Part shown: one piece after another, positions 11,549-22,860 of the stretch
Layout: each line of letters starts with the position of its first letter
Numbering within the stretch: the first letter of the stretch is position 1
Assembly (NCBI GenBank): GCA_951406725.2
Contig: OX597831.1
Location: forward strand, 49,724,001 to 49,788,000
DNA from: Octopus vulgaris
Lineage: Eukaryota
Reading direction: 5' to 3'
DNA: 64,000 nucleotides
Program-made: the position numbers and the translations under genes
Notes under the pieces: generated by a model
The model's database searches: none
Told to the model about the DNA's origin: nothing
What the model saw: only the letters and a program-made list of their open reading frames with translations

Positions 11549-12913
11549 TCATTTATATGTAAGATATGTATGACGCCTCCAATGGGGACATCGAAAAGCC
11601 GACTGTAAAAGACCATTTACCAACCGGTCTCTGGCGAACAATATGTGGAAAAGCTCAAAGATTCAAAGATTGCACCGCCTTCTGCCCCTATCAAATGGGA
11701 GGGCCACCGACAAAATCGACCATTCCAGCCTAAAAGCTGAATTCGCGTTCTTTAAACGCCATATAAGCTTGCTAAGTCCCGTAGCTTGGTATTTATTCAC
11801 GTCGCGAAAAGTTGCGAAATGGTTCGAAATTCTCAAGGCCAATTTTGACGATGAGGCCCCGACATACGAGTAGACATCTGAATCCGTGTAAATCTTGCAT
11901 TGGTAAATGGCATTTCTGATCTTGGAGTTACTCGACAAGAACCTTATTCTATTGGGATTAGCTTCTGATATTAAAACTGCGTTACTGTTACTATATTGAT
12001 TGTGAGAACTGCGGCCGCTTACTACTTTATATTCCTCATTATTAATTAACGGACCAACCCCTGTGTCTTCCCTATCACTGAGAGCGCTGTAATTGCTAGT
12101 ATCCGTGGACCTGCTATTCCCGGAAACGATGCTAAAATTGCTATTAGGACTCTCTACATTAATGACCCGAACAGCGCTCACCTGACTAATACCATTACTA
12201 ACGCTAATGACATCCCCATTACTTCTATCGCTAAACCTATTATTTAATCCCTGGCTGGTACTGAGGTTATCAGTCACTGTACTGGCGCTTTTATCATTAT
12301 TACTGTTATTATTCCTACTGCGCGTTAAACTGGGATCAGACGGAGCTGCGTCCCCGGATAAAGGTGGTAGGGTCTTACTAAGCAGCCTATTATTATGGGA
12401 GGCGATTATCTGGGAAAGGTTTTTTGTGTTGGAGAAAGCTATCCTAACTTTATGTGAATTAACCGTGGAGTAATATTTGGAATTTCTGGGGAAGTTACTG
12501 GCAATGGCCTGTCGAAACAGGAGGGGAAGGTTAGTTCTAATCTGCTTCCCAAAGGGGATTACAAACCAGATATGCTTATTCCTATTTTTATGATGGGTCG
12601 GGAGGCCAGCTCTGACATAAGGGTAGGTGATTCTAGGATGAATAAAGGGTTTTGGTTTAGTGTGACCTCCCCCGGACCGAAAATTATCTATGTTCCCTAA
12701 CTTAGATCCGGAGGTACCTGCTCCAACAATCCCCCCGCTCCCGTCACTACTTAAATTATTTATGTTATTATAGACGGCCCTATCCTGATGACCGAATGGT
12801 GGAATCGGAAGGGCTGGATCAATATATACTACCTTCTGCTTATAACCGGCTTTGGATAGTGCGGCGTTATAAAATTCCGCTTTCTGCATAAAAATGTCGG
12901 CACTAGCGGACAA
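11549..12913 (-). CDS. PLE RT thumb/linker plus GIY-YIG endonuclease (partial), with in-frame TGA at 11663-11665
   Basis: FYNAALSKAGY; HIWFVIPF..IRTN...NFP...VRIAFS..NL.QII.SHN; AIY...YVG...R..NH (GIY-YIG); LSKLIW; WSIL; then CNL[TGA]IFE...LVN...CPH to the next stop at 11549-11551. No true start codon because of the 5' truncation. Confidence 0.88.
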
Positions 12914-13199
12914 GTTAGCGGACTAGCGGCACTGCAGAAAGTGGAATTTGTCTCGCCCCCAAAAATACACCCAGTATTCTTAAGAACATTAGTGTTGGTC
13001 ACACAGAGCATCCCCACACCCCTTGCTTCCACCGACTAGATCTGACCGCCGCCTGACCTGTAAATATCTTCAACGCACCAAATCCCCGATTTCAACGTAC
13101 ATTGATAAACAGTTCAGCCATGGGCTCCTAAGGAGCATCTTCGTTCGAATTGCTGTGCCTCTGCTTTGTTTTGTCCTGTCAACGGAATTCCCGTTTTTT

Positions 13200-13279
13200 T
13201 TCCTGAAGAGAAAGCCGCAATATGGTACCCTTATTTAAACAGAATTTGGAAATTTGTGGCCTTCGAAACATGTGTAGAA
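13200..13279 (+). ncRNA. Type I hammerhead ribozyme motif in pLTR copy 2
   Basis: TTC-CTGAAGA-GAAAGCCGCAA...TTGTGGCCTTC-GAAAC-ATGT-GTA-GAA; 3-bp stem I, GUA site at 13274-13276. Confidence 0.65.
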
Positions 13280-13379
13280 TGTAATAAAAGGTATTCTGTA
13301 CAATCTTCGTTCAACTCCATTTATTCCATTCACTAATAATATATATATATATATATAAAGAGAGAGAGAGAGAGAAAGA

Positions 13380-13566
13380 GAGAATTCACAAAAAAGACAA
13401 AAGACGAAGACAGGTGGTGTAGACAACAAACAGGTCTATTAGTTTAACGCTCGGGAAGTGAAAAAGTCTTTAACGTTTCGAGCCTACGCTCTTCCACAGA
13501 AAGGAACACAGAAAGAAACAAGGAGAGAAAGTAATGAATGTGTAGTGGGTAGCGATCTATCATGGC

Positions 13567-13568
<2 letters not shown>
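13380..13568 (-). repeat. pLTR-like remnant of a second PLE family; inverted partial copy at 10528-10613
   Basis: 86 bp match 10528-10613 in inverted orientation with one mismatch; contains the degenerate hammerhead CTGTGGA-AGAGC-GTAG-GCTC-GAAACGT. Confidence 0.6.
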
Positions 13569-13625
<57 letters not shown>

Positions 13626-14717
13626 CATACATACAACCGCAACTTTTCGGTTCCTTTTCAGAAAAGAAGAGAAATATGTGGATCGAGTTATTCGAAAAAA
13701 AAAAAACTTTCGAGGCTGAAACAAATAAAGCGTAAAAGATAAAGATACGTTGATAGAAAATAATTTCTGAAATATACAATGAAATCAACGCAACTTTATT
13801 TGTAACAAGATCATGTTTTTAAATTAATCAATGTGACTTACACAAGTAGCCATCATAGATAAGGAGATAGCATATAAAAATGTCAAAGATAAGTGCCTGA
13901 TAGTGACAAAAAAGTTATGATAAACGAACTGACGAAGGGTGATTTACATGGTTGATAGCCGTACAAGAAATGGCAGCCAAATATCACCTCAAATGATACC
14001 CTACCGTACTAAAATGATAGATTTCACTTTTAGAAAGGAAGCCTACGAAGAATATAGTATAACGGAAAATGAGACAGGATAGCCATTACTGGAATGTCTC
14101 TGACTATAGATCTAATCGAAACTAATCTAAATTTAAACGCTAAAAGCAACGAGATATAAACACAATAGCGACAACGTCATATATTAAAATCTCTGGGCCA
14201 AAAATATTTTCTGCATCATATCTCAATGACTAAAATAGACAACAAATACCCTTGAACGGTTTTTATAATAATTGCACTGCCCCAGACAGAGGTCATGAAC
14301 AGGAACAGTCTTCTGATATGGTAAGTCTGAAAACCTGAAACTGCCTGGAAAATTAATAGCAGATCATTAATTCCCAAAGAAATCCAAACAATTCTTTAAA
14401 ATAAGGAATTTTATTTTCGGTAGTTTGGGAAGAATGATATTAATTAGAAAGCAATACTGAAATGTATTATTGATAATATGATTAAAATGAGTCTGTGATA
14501 ATCATACGAGAAATATTGATTATAAAATTTTAGTCATGAATAAACATGATTTCTATAAAAATGAAAATAACTGAATACAGCAATTGATTTGCTTTCGATA
14601 AAAGTTTTTTTTAAAAAATTCTCAAGAATTATAGAAGTGCTCCACTTATTATCGTCTGTAAACACCTCCCCACACAAACACACACACACGCGCGTGCATA
14701 AACACATATATGTGCCC

Positions 14718-15003
14718 ATGAGTTCATATGTCCAAATTATAGCTAAGTGTATAGCTATTTATATGTATGTATGTTTGTATGTATGTATGTATGTATGTAT
14801 GTATGTATGTATGTGTGTATGTATATATGTATGTATGTATGTATCTTTCTATTCCTCTACATATCCCTCTACATATAGCATGAGTTCATATGTTCAAATT
14901 ATAGCTAAGTGTATATCTATTTATATGTATGTATGTTTGTATGTATGTATGTTTGTATGTATGTATGTATGTATGTATGACGGTATGTATGTATATATGT
15001 ATG

Positions 15004-15037
<34 letters not shown>

Positions 15038-15090
15038 TGTATGTATGTATGTATGTATGTATGTATCTGTCTATCCCTCTACATATAGCA
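14718..15090. repeat. Tandem duplication with internal (TATG)n
   Basis: CATGAGTTCATATGT..AAATTATAGCTAAGTG at 14718 and 14879. Confidence 0.85.
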
Positions 15091-15868
15091 ACCTATATTA
15101 TCATTATTTATACATACATACATAACATACTGCATACATATATACATGCACATATACATAGCACAAAAGTTCAAATCAGACAAACAGACAAGAAAAAGTA
15201 GCGAATATAGTTTTTAACTCAGGACAATGGGAAGAGTTAGTTATATCGTTTCGGATACTAGCAGTCCTTCAGTTATGGCAAGAGTGGAACTTTTCGCAGA
15301 CGCTAGTCTTTTTTTACTGAGTAAGGCATTAAAAAATTTTCAGTCAGTGTCAAGCTGGCAAGGGGTTTGAAAATTTTAAAATTTTACTTACAGGTAAAAA
15401 AAAACTATCCAACGAGTTTCCACAAAATTACGGTCTCATAAATCCCCTTCACATCACTCAGCGACAATACGATGACACTTTCGAAACGTAGAGCTAAATT
15501 GCTATTAGTTGAGATCGAAGCGAATGGAATTTTTCTTTTGGTTTTTGCCTCAAACGACAATCTCAATACCTCAATCCCTTCACGCAAACGATATGCATGA
15601 ACCATATATCCACAGGTCTGTTTTCTTCTCCAGATATATCTACTTCTTTATCAATAACCAAGAAAGTTTCCATAGAACACAAAACATATCAGTAAAATAC
15701 ACTGACAGTATCTAAGTCTTCAGTTAAGGCTAATGCTCTAAGCTGTGCTGTTATATCTGTAAATCACGTGAGAGAGAGATTAAACGGTATAGATAATGCT
15801 TCTCCTTTCCAACGAAGGCGCACAGATTGGATTTTTAAATCCAATGTAGTATAATATATATAAATTGA

Positions 15869-15915
<47 letters not shown>

Positions 15916-15923
15916 TAAATTGA

Positions 15924-15971
<48 letters not shown>

Positions 15972-16042
15972 CTATATATATATTCACGTATATATTCCTG
16001 ATTGTATAGTACATGCATGTATAGGTGAATATCCATAGACAC

Positions 16043-16095
<53 letters not shown>

Positions 16096-16507
16096 TATAT
16101 ATATAGGTGTAAGTTATCAGAAGCAATTAAGGCTGGATATCACCTCATTTCTAAAAGGATTAGATATGACGTTTGCGAATTAAGTTGAGATGTATCAGTG
16201 TGTGTGTGTGTGTGTAAAAACATTCATATATCTGTGTTTCTGTTTCTTTTCGCCTGTGTCTGTATATTTGCATATGTATATTATGTATGCGTGTACACGC
16301 GCAGTAATACATGTATTTCTGTTTGCTTATGTTTGTACATGTGAAGTTGGACGAACATACTTATAACTTTAAATGTTCATGTGTTTACTTAAGTGTATTT
16401 ACCGTGCGCAAGTAAATTGGATACGTTTCGTGATTCCTGTGCCCACATATGCATTTATATATATATATACGTATAGATGTAAATATACACATATACGTAT
16501 GTATAGA

Positions 16508-16552
<45 letters not shown>

Positions 16553-16569
16553 TATATCATTATATGATT

Positions 16570-17165
16570 GAACGCCACACAACCTCTTCCAAATAAGTTT
16601 TATCTAATCATTCTGATGCGCACTCTATACGATCCATTTACTCTTTCGCCTTTCTCTCTTTTTCTCTCTCTTATTCTTTTACCTCCTCTTCTCCTATTAC
16701 TTTTCTATCCTATTTCTCTGTCATGCTCTCTCCCTCACTCCTCCTCCCTTGCTCACGTGACTCCCACGTGACCGTCGGCTATCTTTCTTTCTTTCTTTCT
16801 CTCGTTGTAGCTGGAACAAGGAAGACGTGTTCTTTTTTGCTTCCTGTCCTAGGATGATTTACGCGTTCGTCACCACAACCTCATTTTGGTTTAGCAACCC
16901 TTCCTGTTTATTTTCACTGTCCTGTTCGTGTTACTAATTTTGATCTTCTGCAAAATCCCAAATTTTATTTAACTTACTTTGCGGGAGCAACTGATTTATC
17001 GAAAGCGTATATTGTTGTTAAATGCTCGAAATACGAGACTAGAAAAACAGCCAACAACTGATGAAGGGTCGTTCTTAATGTTTTTTTTTTGTTTTGCATT
17101 TGTGTCTTTCCATGTTCTCGTGCTTCGTATTTTTGATGTACAAGTTAGTGACGTCCTGTGCCCAC
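16570..17165 (+). repeat. Interspersed repeat, probable PLE pLTR family; homologue at 21865-22320 on the minus strand
   Basis: TTTGCGGGA.CAACTG...TGCTCGAAAT...ACAACTGATG...GGTCGTTC is shared by both copies; (TA)n flanks. Confidence 0.55.
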
Positions 17166-17558
17166 ATATGCATATATATATATATTTATACGTGCAAATG
17201 TATAAATATATACATATATGTATGTATATATGCATAGATATTATTTATATTATATATATATACATATATACATATGTATACACAAGCATATATGTATGTA
17301 TAGATAGATACATATATATACATACATATAGACATACATATATAAATATACATATATATACATACCATATATATATATATGCAATATATATATATATATA
17401 TTTATACATATATATATACATATATATATATACAGTATATGTTTATATATGCAATGTATATATTATATATATATATATATGTATGTATGTAATATTTATA
17501 TGTATGTATATATATACGTATGTATGTATATATATATATATATATATACATACATATC

Positions 17559-17615
<57 letters not shown>

Positions 17616-17628
17616 ATATATATATATA

Positions 17629-17729
17629 AGCAGAAAATTCAACAAAATCTGTTACTCTGAGTTTCTCGTTGCCGTTCGATGAACGGCAACGAGAAACTCA
17701 GAGTAACAGATTTTGTTGAATTTTCTGCT
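17629..17729. repeat. Perfect 49-bp inverted repeat with 3-nt spacer
   Basis: 17629-17677 is the exact reverse complement of 17681-17729. Confidence 0.95.
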
Positions 17730-17803
17730 GCTTAAAATAAAGCATATTACTCTACCATTGGTATTTGAGTACTCTTTTTTCCACCTTGTTTCACATTTAC
17801 TAC

Positions 17804-17845
<42 letters not shown>

Positions 17846-17848
<3 letters not shown>

Positions 17849-19042
17849 GATGTGGTGAATAAACTGTCGTCTACATTATGCAAAAATGAAAATGGCATTG
17901 ACGTCTCATTTTAACAGATATATTTACCAAAATTAAATAAATATATCTTGAAATGCTAGAGAGTAAATATCTTCAATAAAGTCGCCATTGGCTTTAATCG
18001 CGGCCTCTAAACGACTTCGGAATCTCCTGCAACTCTTCTGGAGTTGGTGAATGCTGCCATAATCCTTGCCTTCAGTTTATTTCCAGTGTCACAAGGAGAT
18101 TTGTCGGTCTCTCGCTCAACTGCGCCCCACATAATCAAGGGGGTCGCTGTCTGGGGAAGTAGTTTGCCAGATGTTAGGGGTGATGTGGTTGCAAAAATTG
18201 TCTGCCAGCCATGACTGGGTTCTACTGCTTATGTGGCATGTTGCTGAGTACTGTTGCCATTCACAGGGTCTTCCAGTAGCCACCCTCTTGACCCAGGGCA
18301 GCACTACCTCCTCCAGGCATTTGATTTAAGCTCCCATGTTGAGTCTCAGGCCATGTGGGAAGATGAATGGAGGCATAACGTCGTCAACATTAGTTTTCGC
18401 TATAAACACTATGATGTTGATTTGTATCACTCTCGGTACATGTTTTGGGGACACGGCAAGCCAACGGTTGTTCTCTGTGTTCACCATCTGATCCTGGCAA
18501 AAATGTTTCTCGTCTGAGAAAAACCAAAGCATGTTTGGTTGAAGGGGATGCATGAGTTTGCTCAAAAGCTTCTTAGCGAGGTGTTTCCTCTTGTGCTTGA
18601 TGTATCATCTTGTATGAGATATACTGAATGTCTTCATTCACTACTTGTCTACCGCATAGTATAATAGGGTCAGTTGGACCTGATTGAATTGGAGGGATCG
18701 TAGTCAATCATGGCCTGTATATCAGTAACAATTTCAGGAATTCTTTTCTTACCAGAATTATCAGACTGAGTCTTCCGAGGTGCCGTATCTTCGTAGTCAC
18801 TATTAAACTCATCCAACTCTTTCCGAATCCTCTTCGCTCTCCTCAGATTGACACTAAGATATTCATATTAGAGCTTCTGGTGCGAATGCCAAGCAATACA
18901 GCATCGTGTTTCCAAATTTCTGGCAGAGTGAATTGCGTCATGGTGCTGTTTGTCTTACAGACGGTGATCGACTTATCCTGCTATACTGTGTAGTCGACAA
19001 AATCAAAAACAAAGAATGCGCCAATTTACCCCTCATACACTG
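17846..19042 (-). mobile_element. Decayed Tc1/mariner-superfamily transposon, DD37D (maT) type
   Basis: TA-flanked diverged TIRs (CAGGATGTGGTG / CATACACTG); WFFSDEK; WQQ(Y)SATCH...SPDSDPLDY with 37 residues between the second and third catalytic positions. Confidence 0.85.
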
Positions 19043-19063
19043 TATGTATATATATATATATAT

Positions 19064-19108
<45 letters not shown>

Positions 19109-19294
19109 TGTTTGTGTGTGTGTGTATGTGTGTGTGTGCGTTTGTGTGTGTATGTGTGTGTGTTTGTGTGTGTGTATGTGTGTGTTTGTGTGTATGTATA
19201 TGTGTGTGTTGCGTGTTTGCAAGTGGGCTTTTTGTAATCTCATGAGGGTGTTCATGTGTCGTGTGTTAATGAGCCATGTGTGTGTACATACTTA

Positions 19295-19351
<57 letters not shown>

Positions 19352-19554
19352 ACGCATATATATATGTGTGTATATGTGTGTAATTTATATGTATATATGT
19401 GTATGTATATGTATAATGTATACATTATATTATCATTATATATACCTACAGACAGACAGACAGTCAGGCAGACAGACAGATATATAGATAGCTTTGAATA
19501 TCTATACATAAGCGGAGACAGAGGGTAGAGAAAGAGATTGAGAGATAATACTAC

Positions 19555-19860
19555 TACTGGCACTGGGACGACAGTTCCAGTTGATCCATTCAACGGAAGT
19601 GTCTGCCCGTGGAATTAACGTGCATGTGGCTGAGCACTCCACAGGCACTTTTACCTTTTATGTAGTTCTCAGAGAGTTTCAGCATGTGTGACAAGGTTGA
19701 CCCTTTGCAGTACAAGTACTACTCATTTCTGCCAGCTGAGTGAACTGGAGCAACGTGAAATAAAGTGTCTTGCTCAAGGACACAACGCGTCACTGGGAAT
19801 TGAACTCACGATCGTTAGTGGAATACCCCAACCACTGAGCCATCCGCCTTCACATCAAGC
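19555..19860 (-). mobile_element. SINE family C
   Basis: Minus strand has GAGTTCAATTCCC...GTCCTTGAGCAAGACAC...CTCCAGTTCACTCAGCTG. Confidence 0.7.
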
Positions 19861-20673
19861 AACGAACAACAGATCAATCATGCACATATATCCTTCTAAA
19901 TACGTCATTATCTCAGAGATGTTTTGATTCGTTTGAATTGAACTGATAACGATCTCTTCCTTGAGGTCCATGTCTCACTTATTGAACGGGAAATCCTTCG
20001 TCAGCCAGAGATTTGCATAATAGTATTGATTCTTACTTATGACAGACCTCCATAGAATTTCTGTATCGGTTTGGAATATTGTAGTGGATTGTATTGATTT
20101 CCACTGCTTGGCTGTTACTTATTTCATCCAATTCTGAAGGATGACTGACAAAGATGTAATCGTCATTATTAGTTGTCAGAGCCTAAAGGAACTTATGTAA
20201 ATGGCGAAATACATTTTGCCTCTTGCTCTTTTCTCCTTTACTATTCACCACCACTGTCATCTCCATTGCAACACGTACATTCACGTACACACGCAAATTT
20301 CTAGGCACACAAACACATACATATGTGCATATATGTATGTGTGCGTGTGCGCCCACGCGCGCGTGTGTATGTGTGAGTATACATATAAGGATACCTTTCA
20401 CGTCCTTTCTCTCTCTCTCACTATCTCTCTCCCCCTCTCTCTCTCTGTAAATATGTATGTTATTGACTGTTATTTCCAGCAGGTGGACATACCTAGTATG
20501 TCCTTTGATCAAGTTTAATCCTTCAGCAGCTATTTAATGTTTTTTTTATGTAGGGGTGAGGGCTGCAATAGCCTGTATTATTGATTCTCTTATCATTTTT
20601 AAATTATTACACTAGATAATAACAGATTCAATGATATCTTCGCAAATTATTTTTTCGGGAATTATTTGCTCCG

Positions 20674-20707
<34 letters not shown>

Positions 20708-20794
20708 GATAAACTTACTTGGAAATGCATTCGTAGCGTTCAATCATATAATAATGCAAATAATATATAAATATATATATATATATATATGCAT

Positions 20795-21022
20795 GGTGAT
20801 GGTGGTGACCCCCTTCGGTCAGACACTGACCATGGGTTTGCACCTAGAGAGTTACCCTCTGAGGCACAAGTCTGGGCAAGGTTGTTTTATGGAAGACCAG
20901 CAGTCGCCCATGCATACCGGCCTCCCCACTCCACGTCACCGATGTTGTCCAAGGGAAAGGCAAGGGCCGATACAGCTTGGCACCTGTGACGTCGCAACTC
21001 ATTTCTACAGCTGAGTGAACTG
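20795..21022. repeat. Interspersed repeat, SINE- or RTE-related fragment
   Basis: GC-richer island between (TA)n tracts ending in CTCATTTCT.CAGCTGAGTGAACTG, also found in family C at about 19721-19747. Confidence 0.5.
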
Positions 21023-21062
21023 TATGTATATATGCATATATACATACATATATGTACATACT

Positions 21063-21117
<55 letters not shown>

Positions 21118-21146
21118 TCAAAATAAAAACATGATTCAAAGGATTT

Positions 21147-21236
21147 AGCGGTACATATGTTTCGGGCCTTTATTAGACGGTTTTATAACAATGCATAATT
21201 GATGTAAATGTGTGTCTATGGCCTTCTTCAGCCGCT
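21147..21236 (-). ncRNA. Type I hammerhead ribozyme motif
   Basis: AGCGG-CTGAAGA-AGGCC...GGCCC-GAAAC-ATAT-GTA-CCGCT: 5-bp stem I, palindromic stem III, intact core. Confidence 0.8.
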
Positions 21237-21815
21237 TACAATTACTACTTCAAGGACATATATTACATTATAAGTTTTACGTTGGGGATGCAAATTATCA
21301 TAGTTGCGTACGACAGAGTGGGGCACCAGCACGAAATCGAAGTGAGTCACAAATAGTACTGCCGAAAAAAGATTATTTCACTCCCCTACGACAAAACTAC
21401 GAATCTTTTTTCGGCAATACTATTTGTGACTCACTTGGTAGAAAAAAATTTGGAGGGACATACGAATTCACTTGTCTATATAAATGTGGATATGTTAATT
21501 AGCTTTTATATGTTCCGATGACGCTTGGTCGGAAATATAAGGGGTAAGTTTTCCTAGCATTTCTAGATGTATTTACCGGAATATTATGTTGATAAAGGAA
21601 ATGAATCTTATGATTCTAATCCAGAAACGTACGTCCATAATTAATCGAAGACTGTTTGATTTCATTATTTTTCTTCTTTTTTTTTGCCATATGTGAGTTA
21701 CAAATATTGTTGTCTGTGGAGACATATTTTTGTAGAAAAAGGAAATAGTAGTACTTTGGCTGCTATTTCTAAAATTTTCGGTATGTGGTCAAGCAACTTG
21801 TTGCAAAACCCTTAT

Positions 21816-21864
<49 letters not shown>

Positions 21865-21868
<4 letters not shown>

Positions 21869-22452
21869 TTTTTGGGTACAGGACGTCATAAAACTTAAAC
21901 AACATGAAATAGAAAGGCAAACTTGGGTATACGAGCAAGTAACATAAAGAACGACCACTCCATCAGTTGTCGGTTATTCCTCTACTCCACATTTCGAGCA
22001 ATTAACGACTATATGAGGCTTCGAAAAACAGTTGGTCCCGCAAACCAAAATAAAATTTGGGATTTTGCGAATTTAAACAACAAACCAAACGAAAGCAAAC
22101 AGGGAGGGCCGTTAGGCCAGACGAGGAATATTCTTTGACAAGAGAAAAGATAGGATAAGAGACCGATAAGAATGCATCTGGTCTGTGCAACAGACTGAAG
22201 GAAAAGATAGATGATCACGTGAGGAAAAGAAAGATGGACGACGGTCACGTGTTGAGCAACGAGAGAAAGTAAAGGAGGAAGAGGGAGAGAAAGAGAGACA
22301 GACAGGCAGAAAATGGTAGCTCACATGTGACCATCGTCCATCTTTCTCTTCCTCACGTGATCATCCTACTTTTCCTTCAGTTTGTTGCACAGACCAGACG
22401 CATTCTTATTTGTCTCCTCTCCTATCTTTTCTCTAGTCAAAGAATATTCCTC
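21865..22452 (-). repeat. PLE-type pLTR remnant with inverted partial duplication
   Basis: Homologous to 16570-17165; arms 22123-22248 and 22327-22452 are imperfect inverted repeats. Confidence 0.6.
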
Positions 22453-22589
22453 CACCGTTCACTGGAGTATTGGGCAGTGGTAGCAAACAGCTAGATGGCA
22501 TCCGTCATCAATTGCTGCCTGAATGCCATGCCTTGTTCCATTTTAACTCTGTCCAGGATGCATCGCTTGGTCTTTTTATTTTTCTGGAA

Positions 22590-22860
22590 GGTACGCCTTC
22601 CATTGGTTAGGATAAAATGCAAAGTCGATCTCGGCTGATTTTTTTAAAAATCAGAACGTTTCGTCCGCTTTACGTTGTGATTTGAAAAATTCGCCGTGGT
22701 CGACTTTTCCTTTCATCTTTTTGGAGTCGATAAAATAAGTATCACTGAAACACTTGGATCGATGTAATCGACTTACTCCTTTCCCCAGACATCATGCTTT
22801 GTACCTTTAGTAGAAAGGTTTATTATTATTACTAAGGTGGAGAGCTTAGTAATAATAATA
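22590..22860. mobile_element. Two head-to-head SINE family A fragments
   Basis: GCAAAGTCGATCTCGGC (minus) and GGTCGACTTTTCCTTTCATC (plus). Confidence 0.6.

Larger units (their letters stand above)
10833..13342 (-). mobile_element. Penelope-like retroelement (Naiad-like), 5'-truncated, with inverted pseudo-LTRs
   Basis: 396-bp inverted repeats (10833-11228 and 12947-13342, about five substitutions by eye) bracket an RT-thumb plus GIY-YIG ORF; each repeat carries a hammerhead motif; (TA)n flanks. Confidence 0.92.

Noticed and set aside
10937-13238. Twin 71-aa ORFs MLPPTRSDRR at 10937-11152 and 13023-13238
   Set aside because: They duplicate only because they sit in the inverted pLTRs; TTG start, no recognisable domain, and they overlap the hammerhead.
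15220-15720. Unique higher-complexity stretch with 66-68 aa ORFs; similar case at 58510-58700
   Set aside because: No recognisable protein motif or splice structure; cannot be called a host exon without BLASTX or RNA-seq.
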